Shown in pieces: positions 24,327-33,647 of a stretch of DNA of 60,992 bases. The notes beneath the pieces are model-generated. The model was not told where the DNA came from. It saw only the letters and a program-made list of their open reading frames with translations, and made no database searches. The stretch comes from Planctomycetia bacterium (GTDB lineage: Bacteria; Planctomycetota; Planctomycetia; Pirellulales; UBA1268), in assembly GCA_026401075.1 (NCBI GenBank), contig JAPLNQ010000259.1, positions 1-60,992 on the forward strand, given 5' to 3'. The position numbers were made by a program, and so were the translations under genes. The stretch's first letter is position 1. Each line of letters starts with the position of its first letter.

Positions 24327-26978
24327 TCACTCACGCGTCAGGGCCTCGTCGAGATTGAACATGCCCAGGCAGACGCTGCTCAGGGCCGCATGCTCGGCGA
24401 GGTCGAGCGACTCGTCGCGACTGCTCTCGCCCACGCTCACGAGTTGCTTCGCCGCCTCGGCGTCGGCCCGATAGGCCGCCAGTTGCCGCTCGTGCATCCG
24501 CCGCAGCGCGGTCAGGTCGTAGTCGGTCGGCCGGCGGCCGAGCACGCGGCGAAACATGAACGCAAGCCGCCCGTCGGTGTCAGCAGCGGCCATCATGGCC
24601 TTCGCGGCCAGCACGCGGGCCGCCTCCACCCAGGTGGGATCGTTCAGCGTCGTGAGGGCGTGCAGCGGCGTGCAGGTGCGGCTGGCCCGCACACTGCACG
24701 TCTGCCGATTGGCCATGTCGAACATGTTGGCCGGGTTCACCGTCCGCCGCCAAAACGTGTAGAGGCTGCGGCGATAGAGGTCGCTGCCATGCGACGCCGG
24801 ATAGGTGAAGTCACGTTCTTTCGTGATCGCCAAAGCCTCCCAGATCTCGTCCGGCTGATAGGGATAGACGGGCTGGCCACCAAGCCTCCGGTCAAGCAGA
24901 CCGCTGGCGGAAAGCGCCACGTCGCGGAGCACCATCGACGGCATCCGAAACCGGCTGGCCCGCGCGAAGAGACGATTCTCCGGATCCTTCACCAGATGAT
25001 CGGCCGTCACCCTGCTCACCTGCCGGTAGGTGGCACTCGTGACCAGAAGCCTGTGCATCTGTTTCTGGCTCCATCCCCGGTCGCGAAACTCCACCGCCAG
25101 CCAGTCGAGCAGCTGCATGTGGGCGGGATACTCGCTCTGCACCCCCATGTCTTCGGTCGTCTTCACGATCCCGATGCCGAAGAAGTGCTGCCACATTCGG
25201 TTGACCTGCACGCGGGCCGTCAGCGGATGTTCCGGCAGGAAGAGCCACCGCGCCAGTCCGAGCCGGTTGGCCGGAGCGCCGTCCGGCAGCGGCGGCAGAA
25301 ACGCCGGCGCGGTGAACGCAATCTTCTCCCCCTTGGGCGAGAGATAGTCGCCGCGGTCGAGGATCTTCGTCTCCCGCGGATTGGCGTCGCTCATCACCAT
25401 TGCTCGGGGCAGCTGATCCCCCTTGTAGTCGTCGAACGCCTTCTTTGCGGCTTCATACTTCACGACCTGCGGCAGATTCTTGACGACATCCGCTTTCACC
25501 TTGGAATCGAAGTGACTGCGGAGCTGGTTCTCGATCGACTTTTTTTCATCCTCGGTGCGGTCCTTCTCCGGCTTGCGCAAGAGCGGCGTTAGTCCGCGGG
25601 AGAGATCATTGCCGTCGGCCGGTTCGCCGTCGGCGAAGAGGCCGGCCTTCCAGGCCGCATAGGCGGCGTCGAGCACCGGTTTGGCATCGCTCTCAAGCTG
25701 CTTCGTGTCAGCCTCGAGTTCGGCGAGCTTTTTTTTGTTTTCCTCAGTCGGCAGTTCGATCACCGGCGGTGCCACGCGAATCCGGGCCGAAAACCGCGTC
25801 GGCGTTCCCGATTCGGGCACACGGTTGAAGGCGTCGAGCAACGCGTAGTAGTCGGCTTGAGTCATCGGATCGTATTTATGGTCGTGGCACTGGGCGCAGG
25901 CCATCGTGAGGCCGAGCCACGTCGTGCTCGTCGTGTCGACCCGGTCGAAGAGGTTGTTGAACCGCTGCTCCTCGGCGATGGCACCTCCCTCGCCGTTCAA
26001 GAGATGGTTGCGGTTGAAGCCGCTGGCGATCTTCTGATCGAGAGTGGCCTGTTCGGTGGCGGCAGGCGGCAGCAGGTCGCCCGCCAACTGCTCTGTGGAA
26101 AAACGGTCGAACGGCATATCGGCGTTGAGGGCCTTCACCACCCAATCCCGCCAGATCCACTGCCAGGTGTCGCCATCCTGCTGGAAGCCGTTGGAATCGG
26201 CGTAGCGGGCGACGTCGAGCCAGGAGAGCGCCATTCGCTCGCCGTAGTGCGGGCTGGCGAGGAGGCGGTCGACCAGTTTTTCATAGGCCTGCGGATCGGG
26301 GTCGGCAACGAAGGCATCGACCTCCTCGGGCGTGGGTGGCAGGCCGACCAAATCAGCGTGGAGCCGGCGGATGAGCGTGGCCCGGTCGGCCTCGGGCGAC
26401 GGTTTCATTCCGGCGTGTTCCAACTTCACGAGCACGAATCGATCGATGTCGTTCTTCGCCCAAGCTGCGTGCTTCGGCTCAGATGGCTGCGGTCGCACCG
26501 GCGGCACGAAGCCCCAGTGCGTCGCGTAGACGGCCCCTTCCTCGATCCAGCGGTCGAGGAGTTTTTTTTGGTCGTCGGAGAGCCGCCGGTTGGAATTCGG
26601 CGGCGGCATGACGACGTCGGCGTCGGTCGAGTGGATGCGTTCGAGCAGCACGCTCGCACCAGAATCGCCCGGCACGATCGCGCCGGCATGAATCGCAGCC
26701 TCGCGGTCATCGAGCCGCAGGTCAGCCTGCCGCTTGTTGCCGTCCTGTCCGTGGCAATAGAAGCAGTTCTCGGAGAGGATCGGCCGGATGTCGCGATTGA
26801 AGTCGAGCGACTGAGCCACCGTCTGGGCAACCGGTTCGGACGCCCCGACCGTCGTCCAGATCGTCATCACCATCGTCATCCAAGCCGCCACCATCAGCAT
26901 GGCGACGACCGCCGCTCGCGATGGCAGAAACCGCCACGCTGGCCGCTGGATCGCGAGAGACCGTTTCGAGCAACCCAT
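24327..26978 (-). CDS. planctomycete cytochrome-c-domain protein (PSCyt1/PSCyt2(DUF1549)/PSD1(DUF1553) family)
   Basis: An N-terminal TM/signal is followed by NRDIRPILSENCFYCHGQDGNKRQADLRLDD (PSCyt1 CxxCH). DUF1549-like blocks (DIDRFVLVKLE..GMKPSPEADRATLIRRL) and DUF1553-like blocks (CAQCHDHKYDP) follow. It is the usual upstream partner of DUF1501. I chose ATG 26978. Confidence 0.88.
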   Translation of the reverse strand: MGCSKRSLAIQRPAWRFLPSRAAVVAMLMVAAWMTMVMTIWTTVGASEPVAQTVAQSLDFNRDIRPILSENCFYCHGQDGNKRQADLRLDDREAAIHAGAIVPGDSGASVLLERIHSTDADVVMPPPNSNRRLSDDQKKLLDRWIEEGAVYATHWGFVPPVRPQPSEPKHAAWAKNDIDRFVLVKLEHAGMKPSPEADRATLIRRLHADLVGLPPTPEEVDAFVADPDPQAYEKLVDRLLASPHYGERMALSWLDVARYADSNGFQQDGDTWQWIWRDWVVKALNADMPFDRFSTEQLAGDLLPPAATEQATLDQKIASGFNRNHLLNGEGGAIAEEQRFNNLFDRVDTTSTTWLGLTMACAQCHDHKYDPMTQADYYALLDAFNRVPESGTPTRFSARIRVAPPVIELPTEENKKKLAELEADTKQLESDAKPVLDAAYAAWKAGLFADGEPADGNDLSRGLTPLLRKPEKDRTEDEKKSIENQLRSHFDSKVKADVVKNLPQVVKYEAAKKAFDDYKGDQLPRAMVMSDANPRETKILDRGDYLSPKGEKIAFTAPAFLPPLPDGAPANRLGLARWLFLPEHPLTARVQVNRMWQHFFGIGIVKTTEDMGVQSEYPAHMQLLDWLAVEFRDRGWSQKQMHRLLVTSATYRQVSRVTADHLVKDPENRLFARASRFRMPSMVLRDVALSASGLLDRRLGGQPVYPYQPDEIWEALAITKERDFTYPASHGSDLYRRSLYTFWRRTVNPANMFDMANRQTCSVRASRTCTPLHALTTLNDPTWVEAARVLAAKAMMAAADTDGRLAFMFRRVLGRRPTDYDLTALRRMHERQLAAYRADAEAAKQLVSVGESSRDESLDLAEHAALSSVCLGMFNLDEALTRE

Positions 26979-27276
26979 GGAACTTTTCCGTGAGGGGTTA
27001 CCCGCTTCGCCGATCCGAAGGCACGAGCCAGGCGGACCGCGGACCAGATTGGTCGATCGGCGGGAAAAAACCAGCGCTCTGAAGGATAGCACCCAAACTG
27101 GCCCATGGCCAGCGATGGTGCTGTCTTAAAATGAGTGACATTCGACGCTGTTTCTCCCGCGGTCTTGCGGCCATAGATGCTGCCCACCTGGCTGGTCATA
27201 ATGAGGCTTTCCTGTTTTCCAGGTTCCCGTCAACAAATCGCCGCCCCCTTCCACCAGCGTGGACCAGACGCACAGC

Positions 27277-29121
27277 ATGGCCGCCTTGAACCCCCGATCA
27301 ATACCCTGGCTGGCTCCCCTGTTCGTCGTCGGCTGCACACTGGCCGCCTTTCTCAACTCGCTCGACGGCGAGTTTCTGATGGACGACCACACGGAGATCG
27401 TCGGCAATCCGTTGATGGATTCGTTGTGGCCTCCCTGGCGAGTCATGTTCATCGGCCATCAACTCCCGTCGCGACCGCTGCCCTATCTGACCTTCGCCAT
27501 CGACCATGCCGTCTGGGGCAGAGGGCCTTTCGGCTATCACGTCACGAACCTCGCCATCCACGTCGTCGCCGCGCTGTCGCTTTTCTTCGTGACGCGAACC
27601 ACGCTCTCCTCGCCGCGGCTCCGCAACAGCTGCGGTAGCCATGCTGACGTCCTTGCGGCGGTCATCGCCTCACTGTGGAGCGTGCACCCCCTCAACACGC
27701 AGGCCGTGACCTACATCTACCAGCGACTGGAGTCGGCGTCGGCGATGCTCTGCCTGCTCTCGCTGGCGGCATTCGCCGGCGCCGTCGCGCGGCAGTGGAA
27801 TTTCCGCTGGCTGGCAGGCAGCGTGCTGGCGTCGGCGGCCGCGATGCTCTCCAAGGAGACCGCGGTGGTGCTCCCGCTCCTCATCGCCAGCTACGACTGG
27901 CTCTTCTGCGGCGACCCACCAGCCCCGGCGGGCCGCCGCACCCGGTATTACTCGGCCCTGTGCTCGACCTGGCTGGTCCTCGGCGCGCAGATGGTTGCGC
28001 AGGCCGGCCTGTACCACCACACGGGCATGTATGGAGCCTCACCCGTTGACTACTTCCTCACACAGCCTCGGGTGATCCTCCATTACATGCGGCTCGCGTT
28101 CTGGCCCTTCGGTCTCTGCTTTGATCCCAACTGGACGCTGCTCACGAACTGGTCCGATATCCTGCCGGCGTTTCTGTTCATGACAGCGCTTGGCCTCGCG
28201 GTGGTCTACGGCCTAGCGCGGCGCCGCCCCTGGGCCTGGCCGGGAGCCATGTTCCTGCTCGCCCTTGCGCCGTCGTCGAGTTTCATGCCTCTCGGGCAGA
28301 TCGCGGCGGAATATCGGATGTACCTGGCACTGGCGGCCGTCATGGCCGCGGTCGTGCTCGGCATCCACGCGGCGATTCGGAAGTGGGTGAAGGCCGGAGC
28401 CTGCCGTACTGCGTTCTTCCGCGGAGCGGCCGGCCTGGCCCTCGCCGCGGTCGGTGTGCTCATCGTCCTCACGCAGGAACGGAACGCTCTCTACGCGACG
28501 CCGGGGGGCATCTGGCTCGACGTGATCGAGCAGGGCGCGGGCGGCACGCGGGCCCTCTGGAACATCGCGGTCGCCTGTGATGAACATCACGAGTTCGACG
28601 CTGCCATCAAATACGCCGACGACGTGATGGCGCGCAATCCTAGCCTCGTGGTCTACGAGCACCTCGTCTCGCGCCGTCTCCGGGAGGGCGACACCGCCAC
28701 TGCGGAACGCTATCTGCGGCATGCGGTCGTCACTCAGGCGGAACGCATCAATCGCGGCGACACGCTCGCCGTGCAGAACATGGCATACCTCGCCTCGGTC
28801 CTCAGGATGCGAGGGCAATTCGCTGAAGCCGAGGCGCTGGCAGCCGAGCACGTCGATCAGGTGCGGAACACGCTGGGTGTCGACCATCCGCTGACCGGCG
28901 AACTGCTGGCGATCCGTGCAGATGGCCTGCTCCGCGCAGGTGATATCGTCGCTGCCGAAGAAGCTGCCCGTGCAGCCTACGCGGTGCAGTTGCGGGCCGG
29001 GAAGCAGGCGGACATTGGGGGCGGCACTGCCGGCAGATGCCTGGCGAGGATTCTTCGACAACAGGGCCGGGCCGCCGAGGCCGACGAGATCGAACGGCAA
29101 AGCCAACGGGCGAAGAACTAG
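27277..29121 (+). CDS. TMTC-like GT-C glycosyltransferase with C-terminal TPR repeats (paralog 2)
   Basis: EFLMDDHTEIVGNPLM...LPSRPLPYLTFAIDHAVWGRGPFGYHVTNLAIHVVAALSLFF parallels 4681-6915 block for block. The C-terminal TPR-like region is shorter. Alternative GTG start at 27259. Confidence 0.75.
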   Translation: MAALNPRSIPWLAPLFVVGCTLAAFLNSLDGEFLMDDHTEIVGNPLMDSLWPPWRVMFIGHQLPSRPLPYLTFAIDHAVWGRGPFGYHVTNLAIHVVAALSLFFVTRTTLSSPRLRNSCGSHADVLAAVIASLWSVHPLNTQAVTYIYQRLESASAMLCLLSLAAFAGAVARQWNFRWLAGSVLASAAAMLSKETAVVLPLLIASYDWLFCGDPPAPAGRRTRYYSALCSTWLVLGAQMVAQAGLYHHTGMYGASPVDYFLTQPRVILHYMRLAFWPFGLCFDPNWTLLTNWSDILPAFLFMTALGLAVVYGLARRRPWAWPGAMFLLALAPSSSFMPLGQIAAEYRMYLALAAVMAAVVLGIHAAIRKWVKAGACRTAFFRGAAGLALAAVGVLIVLTQERNALYATPGGIWLDVIEQGAGGTRALWNIAVACDEHHEFDAAIKYADDVMARNPSLVVYEHLVSRRLREGDTATAERYLRHAVVTQAERINRGDTLAVQNMAYLASVLRMRGQFAEAEALAAEHVDQVRNTLGVDHPLTGELLAIRADGLLRAGDIVAAEEAARAAYAVQLRAGKQADIGGGTAGRCLARILRQQGRAAEADEIERQSQRAKN

Positions 29122-29142
29122 CCACCGCGGCCCGACACCCGT

Positions 29143-29841
29143 TCACCCCAGAAGGTTGTATCGAAGAATACAACGCAGCGCCGAGAACCCGTCCTTCCAG
29201 CCGATCTTCTTCCCTTCGGCGTAGGTCCGGCCGGAATAGCTCACCGACACCTCGTAGATGCGGCATCCCAGCCGGGCCACCTTCGCCGTGATCTCCGGTT
29301 CGAATCCGAACCGGTTTTCGGTGAGCGTGATCTGCCTGAGCACGTCGGTCCGAAACGCCTTGTAGCAGCACTCCATGTCGGAGAGGTTCACGTTGGAGAG
29401 CATGTTGCTCAGGGTCGTGAGCATCCAGTTGCCAACAGAATGCCAATAGTAGAGCACGCGGTGCGTCTGTCCGAGAAAGCGGGTGCCGAAGACCACATCA
29501 GCCCTGCCGTCGAGCAGAGGGGTGAGGAGTTGGGGATACTCGCGGGGGTCGTATTCGAGATCGGCATCCTGCACGATCACGATATCGCCGGTGGCGGCGG
29601 CGAAGCCTGTCCGCAGCGCGGCGCCCTTGCCGGCATTCTTGTCGTGCAAGCAGATCCTGATGTCAGGCCGCGAGGCGACATGCTCTGCGAGCCATTCCCG
29701 CGTGCCGTCCGTCGAGCCGTCGTCGACGACGACGATTTCCATCGTCAGTCCATCAGGCAGCGGCGCGGCCTTGACCCGGTCCATGATCTGCGGGAGGAGG
29801 ACACGTTCGTTGTAGACCGGGATGCCGACGCTCAGTTTCAT
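29143..29841 (-). CDS. GT2 polyprenyl-phosphate glycosyltransferase (Dpm1/GtrB-like)
   Basis: [65 protein letters not shown] are canonical GT2 DxD/ED blocks. The soluble ~230-aa size is typical of dolichyl/undecaprenyl-phosphate sugar synthases. Confidence 0.85.
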   Translation of the reverse strand: MKLSVGIPVYNERVLLPQIMDRVKAAPLPDGLTMEIVVVDDGSTDGTREWLAEHVASRPDIRICLHDKNAGKGAALRTGFAAATGDIVIVQDADLEYDPREYPQLLTPLLDGRADVVFGTRFLGQTHRVLYYWHSVGNWMLTTLSNMLSNVNLSDMECCYKAFRTDVLRQITLTENRFGFEPEITAKVARLGCRIYEVSVSYSGRTYAEGKKIGWKDGFSALRCILRYNLLG

Positions 29842-29934
29842 GCGCTGCGTTCTCAAGTGCTACGACCAGAAACCACTCTCGACACACGATCGTACCAACC
29901 CTTCCGACCATCGAGCAGCCGGAACAAACCACTC

Positions 29935-31926
29935 CTATTCGATGAACCTCGCCGCCTGGGCGGGTGCCCCCGCGTCGAGGAGAGCCTGAAACGTCTGTGG
30001 CTCGAGACGGTAGACGAGAATCGCACCGTTGAGTGTCTCATCCGGCTCGCGTTCCCTAAGTTGGGCGAGAAAGCGATGGTATTCGAGAAGTTGAAACTCT
30101 TCGCCGATCTGCACGAACACGTCCTCGGTAATTCCATGAGCCTTTTGCCGCTCTTCAGAGGAGAGCGGTGTCAGCAGAGCCATTGCCAGCTTGCGATCCT
30201 GGTACCGTTCTTCCAGGCTTGCCCGCCACGGCCCCCACAGAGGCATGTAGATCCCCTGGAGATGCGTTGCACTGATGCAGTACGTCCCCGGCCTCAGGGG
30301 AGGCAGCGGCACTCGCTCGAAGGCTGTCGGAAGCAGGGTCAGGGCGGGCCGCATGGACGCCATCGGTGAGGAATCAAAGAGGCATCCATAGATCGGATGT
30401 TCGTCACCGTAGTCGCTTCGTTCACGAGCGACAAACGATTCGAGCGCGGCGTGCTCCTGACCCCAGTCAAGATTACTGTCGACGAGGTAGTGCCACGCAT
30501 CGTCGCGTCCGACGATGCCGTTGAAGAAGGCCAGATAGTTTGGAAACGCCCACAGGCTCGCCAGTGAGGTGCACGCCGCAAGCGCCCACGGCAACCATCG
30601 CAGTCTGGGCCGCGCCCGGGTCAGCGCCGGCAGAGAACCAAGCAGGACGAAGATGACGGGATAAATCGGCAACAGGTGCCGATGACCGATGTTCAGCGTC
30701 GTCGTGACCGACGCTGCCCAGTAGACCGCCAACAGGGTGAAGAGCGGCGCGAGCGGATACCAGGACCGCTCGCCCGATGCCTGGAATCGAGTCTGCACCC
30801 AGCGAACGGCAAACACCGGCAGCAGAAAGAGCCCAGCCAACGTCGACAGCGGCGTCTTCACGAGGAACGTGACTGGAAAATAAGACCACCAGCCATCGAT
30901 CGAGTAGTCGCCACAGAAGAAGCTCTCCCGCAACAGCGAGCTGAGCACGTAAGCCATGCCGTAGAGATATCCTTCCGGCACGACGTGGTGCTCCCCCAGA
31001 AAGGCCAGCAGTTGGCCCTTGAAACCGCCGACTCCTCTCGTGACGCCGTTGAGCGTACCCCACCGGAACAATGCGCCGGACGGAACCGTCTGGATGTTCA
31101 TGGCTTCATAGCGGCAACCGAAAGAAAACCACACGACCAGCCATGCGGCGAAGCCGACCAACGCGAGGCACGCTCCCACCGTGGCAAGGCCGGCATAGGT
31201 CGATACCCTTCGCGGCTGGCCACGCCAGGACACCTCCCACGCCGGGCCATAGCAGCTGCGGATGGCAAGCAGGATCATCCCCACCAGGATCTCCAAGGGC
31301 GCCGAAAACTTGGCGACGAACAGACCGGCGACCGCGAGAGCCGCTACGATTGCCGTGCGGAACGACTGCAGTTGCAGCATCCGCCAGATCGCCAGCGTGC
31401 TGCAGCCAAAGAAAAATGCGGCGCACGTGTCCGATGTCGCGAGCGGGGCGTTCGCAAGCAACGTCGTGTCGGCGAGGCAGAACGCGAGCGACAGCCACGC
31501 TCCCTCAGGCCCAAACAGTTCGCGGCTCCAGCGATAGACAAGGAGGGCGACGAGCACGCCCCAGATCGCGGCGAAAGACCTCGCATACACGAACATCAAA
31601 CGCGACGGATTACCTGTTTCGAAGAGATACGCCCGCGACAGGGCCATCATGTCACTTTCGGCCCAGCCAGGATGCTCGAACGAGGGCAGCGGCCAGCCGG
31701 CCATCACGAGGGGGATCGCACACCAGCGTTGCGGCAGATTGCCGTTCTCCGGCTGCAGTCGGTAATCGTTCAGCCACCAATACGATGACCCGCCGATGAT
31801 GTGAAAGAATTCATCGGATGTCCCCGATTTTTGGAGCGTGGAACCGACAGCCACGCACCACCAGAGGGCAAGCGCAGCCGCGAGCAGAAGCGGTTCGGCA
31901 TGACGATGACGAAGCAGGCGATCCAT
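29935..31926 (-). CDS. GT-C (GT39/PMT_2-like) polytopic glycosyltransferase
   Basis: About 12 TM helices. The first-loop acidic motif is GTSDEFFHIIGGSSYWWLNDYRLQPENGNLPQRW. There is a large soluble C-terminal domain. An alternative GTG start at 31947 overlaps the upstream stop as GTGA. Confidence 0.7.
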   Translation of the reverse strand: MDRLLRHRHAEPLLLAAALALWWCVAVGSTLQKSGTSDEFFHIIGGSSYWWLNDYRLQPENGNLPQRWCAIPLVMAGWPLPSFEHPGWAESDMMALSRAYLFETGNPSRLMFVYARSFAAIWGVLVALLVYRWSRELFGPEGAWLSLAFCLADTTLLANAPLATSDTCAAFFFGCSTLAIWRMLQLQSFRTAIVAALAVAGLFVAKFSAPLEILVGMILLAIRSCYGPAWEVSWRGQPRRVSTYAGLATVGACLALVGFAAWLVVWFSFGCRYEAMNIQTVPSGALFRWGTLNGVTRGVGGFKGQLLAFLGEHHVVPEGYLYGMAYVLSSLLRESFFCGDYSIDGWWSYFPVTFLVKTPLSTLAGLFLLPVFAVRWVQTRFQASGERSWYPLAPLFTLLAVYWAASVTTTLNIGHRHLLPIYPVIFVLLGSLPALTRARPRLRWLPWALAACTSLASLWAFPNYLAFFNGIVGRDDAWHYLVDSNLDWGQEHAALESFVARERSDYGDEHPIYGCLFDSSPMASMRPALTLLPTAFERVPLPPLRPGTYCISATHLQGIYMPLWGPWRASLEERYQDRKLAMALLTPLSSEERQKAHGITEDVFVQIGEEFQLLEYHRFLAQLREREPDETLNGAILVYRLEPQTFQALLDAGAPAQAARFIE

Positions 31927-31943
31927 TCCGACAGGTGGGCCTC

Positions 31944-33614
31944 TCACGGCGCCTCACCCTGGTCCTCGACCGCCCAGAGGTTCTTCTGCGAAGCCACGAA
32001 GAGTGTCTTGTTGGCCGCGCACGGAATCGACCAGACCGGCGTGCCCAGTTTGATGTCCGCCAGCACCTTCTTCTCGAGCCCGGCGGCCAGCACGACGAGC
32101 GACTTCCTCGTGCCGATCCAGACCTTGCCGTCGGCCACGAGCGTGCTCGACCAGATCTCCTCGCGGGTGTCGTGCACCCAGTGCAGCCGGCCCGTGGCCG
32201 CGTCGAGGCAGTGCACCTTGCCGGCATACTCGGCCGCATAGACAAGCCCGTCTGCGACGGCCACCGTCGAGAGCGCCCGTCCGATGCCTGTGTATTGCCA
32301 GACCCGGCCGCTCTTCGCGATGTCGCCCGTGCCGTCGATCGCGATGCAGGAGAGCGCACCGCGGCCAGGCCCATGCACTGGATCCTGGCCGATGCCGACA
32401 TAGACCCGGTTGCCCACGACCACCGGCGATCCGATCACCTCGTTGGGGCTCACGAGCATGCCGTCGGCGTCGAGCGTGCGCGGGCCGCCGCGGACGAGCG
32501 CCCAGTAGTCGATCTTCACGCCGCCCCGCTCCCGGTAGCCGGGAGGATTGCAATCGAACGACCAAGTCTCCCGAAGGATCGCCGGCTGGAGGGCCGCCGG
32601 CTGGAGGAACGCTGGAGTGGGCGTCGCCGGTTGCCCGCCCGCCACAGCCTTGGCCGACAGCTGCTCAAAGCCGTGACAAAGGCCGTCGCCGCCGCCAAAC
32701 ACGACCTCCTTACGGCCCTTCACGTCGGCCAGCGTGGGCGACGACCATTGCCCATGAAACACGTTCGCACTGATCCGGCCGTCGTCCCGCGCGAGCAGCT
32801 TCCCCGACCGCTTGTCGAGCACGATCAGCGACGCCGCCGTCGGCAGCACGACCTTGCCGTCGTAGACGCCATTGGCCGTGCCCATATAGAGATGGTCGCC
32901 GACGACGAGAATCGAGCAGTTGGCGGCATCGTGCGGAAACACCGGCAGGTCGCGGATCATGTCGAACCGCCAGAGAATGTCGGCGTCGCGGTCCGCAGGC
33001 TCGACGGGAGCCGCCCCCTCGGGCACCGAGAAGCTCGCCTCGGCGGTAAACGGACCATCGTTGCCATTGGCCATGCCGGCCACGTCGAGGCAGACCACTT
33101 CACAACGATTGGTGACGAGGTAGACGCGGTCGCCGTCGACGGTCGCCGTCGAGCAGATGCCGAGGTTCATATCGTCAAAATCCTCGCTCACCTTCGAGCG
33201 GTCGATCTCCAGCCGCGGCACCACCAGCCGCCAGATCAGGCTGCCGGTCTTTTCGTCGAGGCACATGAGCACGCCGCCACGGGTCGGCGCAAACCGCTCG
33301 TCGTCGAGATCCTCGTCGTTGGTGCCGATGTAGACGCGGCCGTTGGCCACCACCGGGCAGGAATAGTTTTCGCTGCCGAGGCGGACCATCCAGCGAACGT
33401 TCTTCGTCGTGGCGGGATCGAATCCGAGCCGGTCGCGTTTCTTTCTGCCGGGATGAAACGACGCCGGCAGGCCCGCCTCACGGGAGACGAGGTTGCGGTA
33501 CTGCCCTCCGCCCCACTGCGGCCAATCCGCGGCGACGGCGGGTGATCGCGTCACGGCCGACAACACCGCAACTGTGACGAGGGCCAGGATTCGGCAGGCG
33601 TTCTTGGACCGCAT
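31944..33614 (-). CDS. secreted PQQ-like (BamB-type) beta-propeller repeat protein
   Basis: From ATG 33614 there is a signal peptide (MRSKNACRILALVTVAVLSAVTRSPAVAADWPQWGG). Repeated propeller blades follow (VANGRVYIGTND, DGDRVYLVTN, VGDHLYMGTANG, VGNRVYVGIG, VADGLVYAAE, VADGKVWIGT). Confidence 0.85.
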   Translation of the reverse strand: MRSKNACRILALVTVAVLSAVTRSPAVAADWPQWGGGQYRNLVSREAGLPASFHPGRKKRDRLGFDPATTKNVRWMVRLGSENYSCPVVANGRVYIGTNDEDLDDERFAPTRGGVLMCLDEKTGSLIWRLVVPRLEIDRSKVSEDFDDMNLGICSTATVDGDRVYLVTNRCEVVCLDVAGMANGNDGPFTAEASFSVPEGAAPVEPADRDADILWRFDMIRDLPVFPHDAANCSILVVGDHLYMGTANGVYDGKVVLPTAASLIVLDKRSGKLLARDDGRISANVFHGQWSSPTLADVKGRKEVVFGGGDGLCHGFEQLSAKAVAGGQPATPTPAFLQPAALQPAILRETWSFDCNPPGYRERGGVKIDYWALVRGGPRTLDADGMLVSPNEVIGSPVVVGNRVYVGIGQDPVHGPGRGALSCIAIDGTGDIAKSGRVWQYTGIGRALSTVAVADGLVYAAEYAGKVHCLDAATGRLHWVHDTREEIWSSTLVADGKVWIGTRKSLVVLAAGLEKKVLADIKLGTPVWSIPCAANKTLFVASQKNLWAVEDQGEAP

Positions 33615-33632
33615 GGAAATTTCCCCGGTGTC

Positions 33633-33638
33633 AGGAGG
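33633..33638 (+). promoter_or_regulatory. Shine-Dalgarno AGGAGG for the flavoprotein gene
   Basis: AGGAGG lies 9 nt upstream of ATG 33648. Confidence 0.6.
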
Positions 33639-33647
33639 ATATTGTTG

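Noticed and set aside
22992-25592. 866-aa ORF antisense to the DUF1501 and DUF1553 genes
   Set aside because: Low-complexity Arg/Ala/His-rich translation that crosses an intergenic repeat region. The opposite strand carries strong family motifs.
29296-29315. tRNA T-arm-like sequence ccGGTTCGAATCCgaaccgg
   Set aside because: It is only an 8-bp hairpin inside the GT2 coding sequence. No acceptor, D or anticodon arms can be built around it.
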